Source: Tubulanus polymorphus | Lineage: Eukaryota > Animalia > Nemertea | Assembly: GCF_964204645.1 (NCBI RefSeq) | Contig: NC_134030.1 | Span: forward strand, 231,355-295,354 | Length of the DNA: 64,000 nt | Direction: 5' to 3' | Shown: piece after piece, positions 23,949-34,805 of the stretch | Layout: each line of letters starts with the position of its first letter | Numbering within the stretch: the first letter of the stretch is position 1 | Notes under the pieces: model-generated | Told to the model about the DNA's origin: nothing | What the model saw: only the letters and a program-made list of their open reading frames with translations | Database searches by the model: none | Program-made: the position numbers and the translations under genes

Positions 23949-25391
23949 ATGGTCACTGATACAGCATCTGTAGAGTATACTGATACAGTATCTGTAGACC
24001 GCAGAGGTGTTCCTGTTATCCGCTGTAACAGAATGAAATTCTACAGTTTCGCGTCGTTCGTTTTATGTTTGTCGGATTTGATGATAGTTTTAATCATATC
24101 GCTAATCTGGCGGAGGAATACAAGCGCGTCGGTAACGGCGGTGAACGTGGTACTATTTCTCGGGTTTATGTTGCACGCTATGATCGGAACTTTAAGTCAT
24201 AATTGCGTTACCATCACGACTCACCGTAAATACCTAATCGCATGTTTAGCGTTCTTAATCCTCGGATTAGCGCAATGTATTGTTCAGTGCGGATTAGTTA
24301 TATCTACTTATGATTGGCTGTTGCTAAGTGGATTACAACAAGGATATAAATCACGCTCGATTAGAATTGTTCTGGTAGTAATAATAGTTGTTGGATTTCT
24401 AGGGCTGTTCGTCGACGTGTTGGTACTATATCAGATCGGAAAGTTACACGAGCAATTCGTCATTCGTGAGGCTTACTACGCGGATGAACTGGCCGAATCA
24501 CCGCCTAATTATCGACAAATATTTCACACGGATTCATCCGCCAATACAGTATCGCCCTCTGTCGGCGATAGGACTTTCGATATGCAGCGATTTAGTTCGT
24601 ACTATGCCCGCGAGGATGCGCCACCGCCGTCGTACGATTACGCCATGAAATATTTAGTAAAAAACGAAGCCTTACAAACAATAAGACACAGTGGTGTGGA
24701 GACGGCCCCCGAGGTCCCTACAGCAGGAACCGAGGCCGCTGGTGTGGAGACGGCCCCCGAGGTCCCTACAGCAGGAACCGAGGCCACAGGTGTGGAGACG
24801 GCCCCCGAGGTCCCTGCAGCAGTAACCGAGGCCGCTGGTGTGGAGACGGCCCCCGAGGTCCCTACAGCAGTAACCGAGGCCGCTGGAGTGGAGACGGCCC
24901 CCGAGGTCCCTACAGCAGTAACCGAGGCCGCTGGTGTGGAGACGGCCCCCGAGGTCCCTACAGCAGGAACCGAGGTCCCTGCAGCCGGTGTAAAGACGGT
25001 TCCTGAAGCCACGGATGTTGAGAGGGTCCCAGCTGCTGCTGCAGCCACAGTGACCAATGAATCACGTGTTGTTAATGCAGGAAGTGACGTCAAATCAGCG
25101 AATAGAGCAACGATGTCTTGTGATACGGATAGTGACCACCAGCAAACTACTGACGCAAAAGAAGTTCAGGGCGGCTCCGGGGTCGGTGCTGCAGACCCCG
25201 GGGTCGGTGCTGCAGACCCCGGGGACCCCTTGGTCAGTGCTGGGGGTTCAGGAGATATGGTTCACGTCAGTAAATCGGTTACTGTGATTAACGATGGAGA
25301 ACAAACTGAAATCAGTAACAAACCTGTAAAACCACACGTAAAACTGAGGAGGTTAGTTAGAAAACCACCTCCTCCAACTTCACCTTTCTAA
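23949..25391 (+). CDS. CD20/MS4A-like four-transmembrane protein with two PPxY motifs and a 16-aa repeat tail (paralog 2)
   Basis: 480-aa ORF with four TMs. GFMLHAMIGTLSHNCVTITTHRKYLIACLAF aligns with paralog 1 GFSLYTVAGTLAVNASKVTRHHRWVSACLAF; PPNY and PPPSYDYAMKYL match PPTY and PPPSYDEFLKYL. True start may be the downstream MKFYSF. Confidence 0.7.
   Translation: MVTDTASVEYTDTVSVDRRGVPVIRCNRMKFYSFASFVLCLSDLMIVLIISLIWRRNTSASVTAVNVVLFLGFMLHAMIGTLSHNCVTITTHRKYLIACLAFLILGLAQCIVQCGLVISTYDWLLLSGLQQGYKSRSIRIVLVVIIVVGFLGLFVDVLVLYQIGKLHEQFVIREAYYADELAESPPNYRQIFHTDSSANTVSPSVGDRTFDMQRFSSYYAREDAPPPSYDYAMKYLVKNEALQTIRHSGVETAPEVPTAGTEAAGVETAPEVPTAGTEATGVETAPEVPAAVTEAAGVETAPEVPTAVTEAAGVETAPEVPTAVTEAAGVETAPEVPTAGTEVPAAGVKTVPEATDVERVPAAAAATVTNESRVVNAGSDVKSANRATMSCDTDSDHQQTTDAKEVQGGSGVGAADPGVGAADPGDPLVSAGGSGDMVHVSKSVTVINDGEQTEISNKPVKPHVKLRRLVRKPPPPTSPF
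24692..24975 (+). repeat. Coding 48-bp minisatellite (GVETAPEVPTAxTEAA, about 6 copies) within MS4A-like paralog 2
   Basis: In-frame 16-aa repeats. Confidence 0.9.
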
Positions 25392-25454
25392 TATCAACTC
25401 GAGACATTGACCTCTAAGTGAAAGGTACAGAGGTTGGTTAGCCAAGAGGTCAGG

Positions 25455-25920
25455 AATGGGAGGAGTTACCTCTGAATGGGAGAGGTTACCTCTGAATGGG
25501 AGGAGTTACCTTTGAATGACAGGAGTTATCTCTGAATGGGAGGGGTTACCTCTAAATGGGAGGAGTTATCTCTGAATGGGAGGAGTTATCTCTGAATGGG
25601 AGGAGTTACCTCTGAATGGGAGGAGTTACCTTTGAATGGGAGGAGTAACCTCTGAATGGGAGGAGTTATCTCTGAATGGGAGGATTTATCTCTGAATGGG
25701 AGGGGTTACCTCTGAATGGGAGGAGTTACCTCTGAATAGGAGGAGTAACCTTTGAATGGGAGGAGTAACCTCTGAATGGGAGGAGTTACCTTTGAATGGG
25801 AGGAGTTATCTCTGAATGGCAGGAGTTACCTCTGAATGGGAGGAGTTACCTTTGAACGACAGGAGTTATCTCTGAATGGGTGGAGTTACCTCTGAATGGG
25901 AGGAGTTACCTTTGAATGAC
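25455..25920. repeat. 20-bp minisatellite (tgaatgggaggagttacctc), about 23 copies
   Basis: Visible repeats directly 3' of paralog 2. Confidence 0.95.
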
Positions 25921-26391
25921 CTGTCAATCTAAATCTGTTCTTTAATCTTTGTAGTTTTTCACGAACACTTTAACGAACTCAGTTCTAATAGTTTTTAATT
26001 TCTCTTTAATCATTTCCACCTTTCGTTCTATAGTTATTCAAGCACAAACTGTGATTATTCCACCTTCAGGCTACAGTTTTATCGTTCCACTGTGGAACTG
26101 TCATCAAAAGAGATTAGAATATCAAATATGATTTTATTAAAATAGATATTTATTGGGAGATTGATGTATTATTGATTTTCTGCTGTTAGTCATACAGTCG
26201 CTGTTACTGTCTTTCTGAAAATTCGGGACTCGAACTTCACCACACGAGATATTTGATAGACTGGTTGCCTGTCTAATTTTGCAATCGGAGCCAAATTCGG
26301 TTCTCGTATAGGCGACTAGAGAAAGAAAAGAAATAAAGTAAAGATTCGTGGACCACAATCTAATCGCGGTTCTTGAAGGAACATTTATCCG

Positions 26392-27624
26392 TCAGATTTT
26401 TCTATTCCTTACAGATTCTTTTTTACAACAAAAACAAAAAGTAAATAGTTTAATAAATTCTTTCCGGAAAACTTTCAATGTCCCGATGTAAATAAAGAAA
26501 TTCACGCAGAAAACGAAATATCGTAACGTCCGCAGAAATTGGTCTAAACCATGCCATAAAGTTTTGAGAAAGAATAGTATATGATGATCTGTTAAACTGT
26601 TTGCAAAACCGGATATGAACATTGGATAATTTCTATAAAGCGAGTATCCAATAATGTACGAAAAGTTGAGGATGCATTTAACTGCAGCATACGGCAAAAC
26701 AAGTAAAACATACACAATAACTACAACTAGAAGAGTTTTACTGGCTGAAGATCGATGACGATCTGTTCTCTTCGCTCTCATCTCAGATCTCTTATTGCGT
26801 AATGAAGCAGTTAACACTGATAATATTACAATCATTATAGAAGGAAATATATCTTGTAAAAATGTTTTACCAGCAGCTATCGCTGTTGCCTGGGAATAAT
26901 GCAAAGGAGGGATTGACGTTTGACACCAAAAAGAATCAAATGTTTCGTTGTATCTGCGAATTTTGCGGAAATAAACACGACTGCGCATGATCGCTGAATC
27001 CAAGTTCATAAAATACGCCCAGAAGATGACAAAACCTACTGCAATTTTACGCCGAGTGACGGTGAAATGTTTCATGTGAAAGAAAGGAAAACGAATAGAA
27101 ACAAATCTCTCGATAGCGATCACTATAACTGTGTAGTTTGATACAGATATTGCCTGGTTATTAAATAGGTTTGAAAATATACACGCAGGAAACACTCGAC
27201 TGGGCAGATAGCTGAAATAGTAATAGAAATAGTAAAGTGATGGACATAGTTTACTGTGTTTAGCGAATGTCATATAACCGCTGAGACAGTCTCTATAAAA
27301 TCCTAGACGAACTACAAACTGTCTCAAAATAAAAGGGAATTTCTGTAACTCAAACAAGACGAAAATTTGATCTGAAAACGCGAGAGTTATGAGATAAGGG
27401 AACGTGTAACGAACCGACTGATATCTGCGACACTTTATCAGTAGAATTATTGTCAGAAAGTTGAACACACTTAACGGTGGAATTAAGAAGAGACTTTTGA
27501 ACGTCTCGTTATATCTGAGAATGAAGTTAGTAAATCTACTGAAAGCTATGATATAATCCGGTGTCTTCACAGGAATCCAGTATATTCTACGAGTTGTGGT
27601 GACGATAGCGGTAAAATTATCCAT
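26392..27624 (-). CDS. Class A (rhodopsin-like) 7TM GPCR, FMRFamide-receptor/Srw-like orphan, array copy 1 (subtype E)
   Basis: Motifs: TM1 N, TM2 LAFSD, TM3 IAIERF (DRY variant), TM4 W, TM5 P, TM6 LP, TM7 NFFIY, helix 8 FRKEF, CFCC. Start placed at the ATG of MDNFT (GTCATGG context). Confidence 0.9.
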   Translation of the reverse strand: MDNFTAIVTTTRRIYWIPVKTPDYIIAFSRFTNFILRYNETFKSLFLIPPLSVFNFLTIILLIKCRRYQSVRYTFPYLITLAFSDQIFVLFELQKFPFILRQFVVRLGFYRDCLSGYMTFAKHSKLCPSLYYFYYYFSYLPSRVFPACIFSNLFNNQAISVSNYTVIVIAIERFVSIRFPFFHMKHFTVTRRKIAVGFVIFWAYFMNLDSAIMRSRVYFRKIRRYNETFDSFWCQTSIPPLHYSQATAIAAGKTFLQDIFPSIMIVILSVLTASLRNKRSEMRAKRTDRHRSSASKTLLVVVIVYVLLVLPYAAVKCILNFSYIIGYSLYRNYPMFISGFANSLTDHHILFFLKTLWHGLDQFLRTLRYFVFCVNFFIYIGTLKVFRKEFIKLFTFCFCCKKESVRNRKI

Positions 27625-28134
27625 GACAAGAACAGAACAGTTTGACGCGACAATCTGTGTAGTAACTGCGTCCCTCACATTGTGGGTTACAGCCGCGGTA
27701 CCACGATTTCAAAATACTTCCATCAAACTCCTCCTACAGAACACACTATAATCATCTGAAGATTTCACACGCTCTGTTGAAATTACTACTCACACGATTC
27801 GCTCTGAGAGTTTACTAAAAATCCATCTGAAATAATCTAAGTTTCATATGTAAATTCGCAGCAGTTTTAGACTCGAGTTTATATACAGCCCACTGTAGAA
27901 CCACAAAGTTTGAATTTCGTGAATACAGGTCTCTGTGGTAACACGCGAGGCGTGAAAACTAATATATACCAGTATTAAAAATATACCAGCACTGATACAC
28001 TTCAAGTTCCATTGAGACACAAGAGGCGAAATGCAACAAACAGCATTTGGAAAATTTACTTATTTCCGATTATGTATTTGATTCAACTTTTTTACTGAAG
28101 CATTTCGTGTTTTCATATAGATGTACATAGACTA

Positions 28135-28272
28135 CGGGGAGCAGTTTCACCAAATAGTTTAAGCCTAAAACGGTTAAGTTTGAATTGCTGTCCTCATTGA
28201 AAACATGAAGTAACCAATGGCGGCAATTACACCAAAAATTTGAGTTTAACTTGTTTGTGAAACTGGGCCCTG
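28135..28272. mobile_element. 138-bp Tc1/mariner-type MITE in GPCR upstream region (11 copies starting at 28135, 31039, 33610, 36514, 39448, 42207, 48966, 51715, 56335, 61108, 63855)
   Basis: TIRs CAGGGAGCAGTTTCAC / GTGAAACTGGGCCCTG; several copies are flanked TA...TA (e.g. 33610-33747). Confidence 0.7.
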
Positions 28273-29330
28273 CAGGAAGTTACTGTCAGTACTATCAGAT
28301 CGATGAGACATATTTAACGACCATACGACATACATCGCGCCCGATCTACAATCGTTACCCCCACCGTCCTTGAAGTGGTGCTTGTATACCACAATGCTGA
28401 TGGGATAGCAGGAGTTTCTGCGTCTCAACAAAAAACACAACAATTATACCCGTTATCTCTCTGTACATAAATGTTTATAACTTTATTTTCTTTGAACGAA
28501 TTTAATTTGGTAAAAATGTTTTACAACATATCTATATCAATGATTCAATTGCATCTGTTATGAAGATATTTGATAGACTGGTTGCCTGTCTAATTTTGCA
28601 ATCGGGGCCAAATTCGGTTCTCGTATCTAGTCGACTAGTGGTCGGAACTAATAACCGAATACGCTTAATATTTCCGGGGCCAGTTGCACAGACTTAAGTG
28701 CAAACGTGGTTTCTTAAGTTGTTAGATTGGCTATAGAGCTAAGTTGGTATTAGAGTGGTCTTAAGTCTAAGCCATGACTATACAACCGGACCCTGGACTA
28801 TATTTCCGGATAACTGACATTCGGTTTCACTCAGATAACCGAAGTTGGCCCAGAATAGGACGGATTAACCAGTCCGCCATCTTCCGTACGGAATATACGG
28901 ATCCAATCAGATTTCAGTATTTCATCACGTGAACAATGTAACATGGCCGCCCTCTGATTCACGTGAATCGCGGTTTTCCATCAATGAAGAAAAAAACTCC
29001 ACTAAAGTTGCCGGGGTAACGCGGCGGTGAGTGCGCGGTTCCAAACACATTCAAATAATTCGCTTTATGTATAATTATAACAACACATGCTCGATCACTT
29101 CAGGGGGAACCGGCAACACCAGATATCCGACAAGATGGCTTGACGAACTCTCGACCAGACCTTGTCAAAACAAGTTTCATTCATGAATTCAGAACCGGTC
29201 ACCAATCAAACAATCAATTCATTTATCTAGTTTTCATTTATCTAGTTTTCATTTATTTAGTTTTCATTCGATATGAAATCTATAATATCAAACTCGGGCC
29301 AATCACGGATCCAGGTTTTTTAAAGGAACA

Positions 29331-30557
29331 TCAATTATCCGTCGGATTTTTTTTCTGACTCACAGATTTTATTTTACAACAAAAACAATGAGTAAATAGT
29401 TTGATAAATTCTTTCCGGAAAACTTTCAATGTTCCGATGTAGATAAAGAAATTCACGCAAAAAACAAAGTGTCGAAATGTTTCCAGGAACCATGATAAGT
29501 AGATCCATAAAGTATCAAGAAAGAAGCCTAAATGAGGTTTTGATCGGTCATTGATGTCTATACCATAATCTCTTTTAAGCACTGGGAGTAAGGCGAGTAG
29601 TATATACTCAATGCATTTAACTGCAGCATGCGGTAAAACTAGTAAAATATACACAATAACTATAACTAGAAGAGTTTTATTGACTGAAGATTGATGACGA
29701 TCTGTTCTCTTCGCTCTCATCTCAGATCTCTTATTGCGTAATGAAGCAGTTAACACTGATAATTTCATAATCATTATAGATGGAAATATATCTTGTAAAA
29801 CTGTTCTCGCAACTGTCATTGCTCGTGCTTGGGTTCTGCTTATAGCGATTGACTGACGACACGTAAAAAGTTCGTATGTTTCGTTGTATCTATGAATTTT
29901 AACGAATTTAACACGACTGCTCAAGATTAAAGACTCCCAATTCATAAGATACGCCCAGAAGATGATAAAAACTACTGCAATTTTACGGCGAGTGACGGTG
30001 CAATGTTTCATGTGAAAGAAAGGAAAACGAATAGAAACAAATCTCTCGATAGCGATCACTATAACTGTGTAGTTTGATACAGATATTGCCTGGTTGTAGA
30101 ACAGGGTCCGAAGCAAACACTTCGGAAACAGTTTATTGGGCAGATGATGGAAATAGTAATAGAAATAGTAAAGTGATGGACATAGTTTACTGTGTTTAGC
30201 GAATAGAAAATAACTGCCACATCCTCTATAAAATCCCAGATGATAAACAACAAAATCTCTCAAATATACAGCGAAAGTCTGTAACTCAACCAAGACGACA
30301 AGTTGATCTGAAAACGCGATAGTTATGAGATAAGGGAACGTGTAACGAACTGACTGATATCTGCGACACTTTATGAGTAAAATTATTGTCAGAAAGTTAA
30401 ACACACTTCCCGGTGGAAGTAAGAAGAGATATTTGAATGTTTCCCTAAATACAACAGTGAAGGCTGAAAACCCCTTGAAAGCTAAGATGTATCCCGGTGT
30501 CTTCACAGTGGTGCGGTATATTCGAGTTGTAGTGACGATAGCGGTAAAATTGTCCAT
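29331..30557 (-). CDS. Class A GPCR, array copy 2 (subtype A)
   Basis: Same 7TM motifs; intact ORF from MDNFT. Confidence 0.9.
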   Translation of the reverse strand: MDNFTAIVTTTRIYRTTVKTPGYILAFKGFSAFTVVFRETFKYLFLLPPGSVFNFLTIILLIKCRRYQSVRYTFPYLITIAFSDQLVVLVELQTFAVYLRDFVVYHLGFYRGCGSYFLFAKHSKLCPSLYYFYYYFHHLPNKLFPKCLLRTLFYNQAISVSNYTVIVIAIERFVSIRFPFFHMKHCTVTRRKIAVVFIIFWAYLMNWESLILSSRVKFVKIHRYNETYELFTCRQSIAISRTQARAMTVARTVLQDIFPSIMIMKLSVLTASLRNKRSEMRAKRTDRHQSSVNKTLLVIVIVYILLVLPHAAVKCIEYILLALLPVLKRDYGIDINDRSKPHLGFFLDTLWIYLSWFLETFRHFVFCVNFFIYIGTLKVFRKEFIKLFTHCFCCKIKSVSQKKNPTDN

Positions 30558-31869
30558 GACAAGAACAGAACAGTTTGACGCGACAATCTGTGTAGTGACT
30601 GCTTCCCTCAAATTGTGGGTTACAGCCGCGGAACCACGATTTCAAAATACTTCCATCAAACTCCTGCTACAGAACACACTATAATCATTTGAAGATTTTA
30701 CACGCTCTGTTGAAATTACTACTCACACGATTCGCTCTGAGAGTTTACTAAAAATCCATCTGAAATAATCTAAGTTTCATATGAAAATTCTCAGCAGTTT
30801 TAGACTCGAGTTTATATACAGCCAACTGTAGAACCACAAAGTTTGAATTTCGTGAATACAGGTCTCTGTGGTAACATGCGAGGCGTGAAAACTAATATAT
30901 ACTAGTATTACATATACCAGCACTGATACACTTCAAGTTCCATTGAGACACAAGAGGCGAAATGCAACAAACAGCATTTAGAAAATTTACTTATTTCCGA
31001 TTATGTATTTATTGATTCAACCTTCTGTACATAGACTACAGGGAGCAGTTTCACCAAATAGTTTAAGCCTAAATCGGTTAAGTTTGAATTGTTGTCTTCA
31101 TTGAAAACATGACGTAACCAATGGCGGCAATTACACCTAAAATTTGAGTTTAACTTGTTTGTGAAACTGGGCCCTGCAGGAAGTTACTGTCAGTACTATC
31201 AGATCGATGAGACATATTTAACGACCATACGACATACATCGCGCCCGATCTACAATCGTTACCCCCACCGTCCTTGAAGTGGTGCTTGTATACCACAATG
31301 CTGATGGGATAGCAGGAGTTTCTGCGTCTCAGCAAAAAACTCAACAATTCATCGTTATCTCTCTGTACATAAATGTTTATAACTCTATTTTCATTGAACG
31401 AATTTGATTTTGTAAAAATGTTTTACAACATATTTGAATGATTCAATTGCATCTTCTATCAAGGTATTTGATAGACTGGTTGCCTGTCTAATTTTGCAAT
31501 CGGGGCCAAATTCAGTTCTCGTATCTAGTCGACTAGTGGTCGGAACTAATAACCGAATACCGACTGCACCGACTGACTGTATAACAATACATATGCTACT
31601 TGATTCCTTCAATACCAGCTATCCCGCCAGATGGCGTGACGAACTCTCGATCATGAATTGTCAAAACAAGTTTATTTTCATCGATATATCATCACAGGAC
31701 TCGTCACCGTAACCAAATAAACAATCAATTCGTTTATCTAGTTTTCATTACCTTCGATATAAAATCCACAATATCAAACTCGTGGCCTAAATTTGGAAAT
31801 CCCTCGAGGAATAAAGTAAAGATTCGTGGGCCACAATCTAATCCCGGTTCTTGTAGGAACATTTATCCG

Positions 31870-33099
31870 TCAGATTTTGTTTCTTACAGATTTTATTTTA
31901 CAACAAAAACAATCAGTAAATAATTTAATAAATTCTTTCCGGAAAACTTTCAATGTTCCAATGTAAATAAAGAAATTCACGCAGAAAACGAAATATCGTA
32001 ACGTCCGCAGAAATTGGTCTAAACCATGCCATAAAGTTTTGAGAAAGAATCGATTATGATGATCTGTTAAACTGTTTGCAAAACCGGATATGAACATTGG
32101 ATAATTTCTATAAAGCGAGTATCCAATAATGTACGAAAAGTTGAGGATGCATTTAACTGCAGCATACGGCAAAACAAATAAAATATACACAATAACTACA
32201 ACTAGAAGAGTTTTACTGGCTGAAGATTGATGACGATCTGTTCTCTTCGCTCTCATCTCAGATCTCTTATTGCGTAATGAAGCAGTTAACACTGATAATA
32301 TTACAATCATTAAAGATGGAAATATATCTTGTAAAAATGTTTTTCCAGCTGCTATTGCTTGTGCCTGGGACCAATGCAAAGGAGGGATTGACTGTTCACA
32401 CACAAAAGAATCAAAGTTTTCTTTAAATCTGCGATGTTTGTGGAGATTAACACGACTGCGCATGATTACTGAATCCAAGTTCATAAAATACGCCCAGAAG
32501 ATGACGGAACCTACTGCAATTTTACGGCGAGTGACGGTGAAATGTTTCATGTGAAAGAAAGGAAAACGAATAGAAACAAATCTCTCGATAGCGATCACTA
32601 TAACTATGTAGTTTGATACAGATATTGCCTGGCTATGAAATAGGTTTGAAAATATACACGTAGGAAACACTCGACTGGGCAGATAATAGAAATAGTAATA
32701 GAAATAGTAAAGTGATGGACATAGTTTACTGTGTTTAGCGAATGTCAGATACGCACCGCGACATTCTCTATAAAATCCTAGATGATGAACTACAAAGCTT
32801 TTCAAACGATGAGGGAATCTGATCAACTCAAACAAGACGACAAGTTGATCTGAAAACGCGAGAGATATGAGATAAGGGAACGTGTAACGAACTGACTGAT
32901 ATCTGCGACACTTTATCAGTAAAATAATTGTCAGAAAGTTGAACACACTTAACGGTGGAATTAAGAAGACACATTTGAACATATCGTTATATCTGAGAAT
33001 GAAGTTAGTAAATCTCTTGAAAGCTAAGATGTATCCCGGTGTCTTCACAGTGATGCGGTATATTCGAGTTGTGGTGACGATAGCGGTAAAATTGTCCAT
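31870..33099 (-). CDS. Class A GPCR, array copy 3 (subtype E, mosaic)
   Basis: Same 7TM motifs; intact ORF; TM6-TM7 like copy 1, ECL2 start like subtype C. Confidence 0.9.
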   Translation of the reverse strand: MDNFTAIVTTTRIYRITVKTPGYILAFKRFTNFILRYNDMFKCVFLIPPLSVFNFLTIILLIKCRRYQSVRYTFPYLISLAFSDQLVVLFELIRFPHRLKSFVVHHLGFYRECRGAYLTFAKHSKLCPSLYYFYYYFYYLPSRVFPTCIFSNLFHSQAISVSNYIVIVIAIERFVSIRFPFFHMKHFTVTRRKIAVGSVIFWAYFMNLDSVIMRSRVNLHKHRRFKENFDSFVCEQSIPPLHWSQAQAIAAGKTFLQDIFPSLMIVILSVLTASLRNKRSEMRAKRTDRHQSSASKTLLVVVIVYILFVLPYAAVKCILNFSYIIGYSLYRNYPMFISGFANSLTDHHNRFFLKTLWHGLDQFLRTLRYFVFCVNFFIYIGTLKVFRKEFIKLFTDCFCCKIKSVRNKI

Positions 33100-34805
33100 G
33101 ACAAGAACAGAACAGTTTGACGCGACAATCAGTGTAGTGACTGCTTCCCTCACATTGTGGGTTACAGCCGCGGTACCACGATTTCAAAATACTTCCATCA
33201 AACTCCTGCTACAGAACACACTATAATCATTTGAAGATTTCACACGCTCTGTTGAAATTACTACTCACACGATTCGCTCTGAGAGTTTACTAAAAATCCA
33301 TCTGAAATAATCTAAGTTTCATATGAAAATTCGCAGCAGTTTTAGACTAGAGTTTATATACAGACAACTGTAGAACCACAAAGTTTGAATTTCGTGAATA
33401 CAGGTCTCTGTGGTAACATGCGAGGCGTGAAAACTAATTTAATACTAGTATTACATTTACCAGCACTGATATACTTCAAGTTCCATTGAGACACAAGAGG
33501 CGAAATGCAACAAACAGCATTTGGAAAATTTACTTATTTCCGATTATGTATTTAATTCAACTTTCTTTACTGAAGCATTTCGTGTTTTCATATAGATGTA
33601 CATAGACTACAGGGAGCAGTTTCACCAAATAGTTTAAGCCTAAATCAGTTAAGTTTGAATTGCTGTCCTCATTGAAAACATGAAGTAACCAATGGCGGCA
33701 ATTACACCAACAATTTTAGTTAAACTTGTTTGTGAAACTGGGCCCTGTAGGAAGTTACTGTCAGTACTATTAGATCGATGAGACATATTTAACGACCATA
33801 CGACATACATCGCGCCCGATCTACAATCGTTACCCCCACCGTCCTTGAAGTGGTGCTTGTATACCACAATGCTGATGGGATAGCAGGAGTTTCTGCGTCT
33901 CAACAAAAAACACAACAATTATACCCGTTATCTCTCTGTACATAAATGTTTATAACTTTATTTTCTTTGAACGAATTTAATTTGGTAAAAATGTTTTACA
34001 ACATATCTATATCAATGATTCAATTGCATCTGTTATGAAGATATTTGATAGACTGGTTGCCTGTCTAATTTTGCAATCGGGGCCAAATTCGGTTCTCGTA
34101 TCTAGTCGACTAGTGGTCGGAACTAATAACCGAATACGCTTAATATTTCCGGGGCCAGTTGCACAGACTTAAGTGCAAACGTGGTTTCTTAAGTTGTTAG
34201 ATTGGCTATAGAGCTAAGTTGGTATTAGAGTGGTCTTAAGTCTAAGCCATGACTATACAACCGGACCCTGGACTATATTTCCGGATAACTGACATTCGGT
34301 TTCACTCAGATAACCGAAGTTGGCCCAGAATAGGACGGATTAACCAGTCCGCCATCTTCCGTACGGAATATACGGATCCAATCAGATTTCAGTATTTCAT
34401 CACGTGAACAATGTAACATGGCCGCCCTCTGATTCACGTGAATCGCGGTTTTCCATCAATGAAGAAAAAAACTCCACTAAAGTTGCCGGGGTAACGCGGC
34501 GGCGAGTGCGCGGTTCCAAACACATTCAAATAATTCGCTTTATGTATAATTATAACAACACATGCTCGATCACTTCAGGGGGAACCGGCAACACCAGATA
34601 TCCGACAAGATGGCTTGACGAACTCTCGACCAGACCTTGTCAAAACAAGTTTCATTCATGAATTCAGAACCGGTCACCAATCAAACAATCAATTCATTTA
34701 TCTAGTTTTCATTTATCTAGTTTTCATTTATTTAGTTTTCATTCGATATGAAATCTATAATATCAAACTCGGGCCAATCACGGATCCAGGTTTTTCAAAG
34801 GAACA

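Noticed and set aside
27625-27678. N-terminal extensions MRDAVTT/MREAVTT in the ORF track
   Set aside because: They begin at GTG/TTG, have an in-frame stop just upstream and are out of frame in copies 11 and 13; the ATG of MDNFT is the likely start
28246-28443. Recurrent spacer ORF MLxFLLRRRNSCYP... and antisense ORFs over the GPCR 5' ends
   Set aside because: Non-ATG starts, variable stops and overlap with the MITE; recurrence simply reflects duplicated DNA
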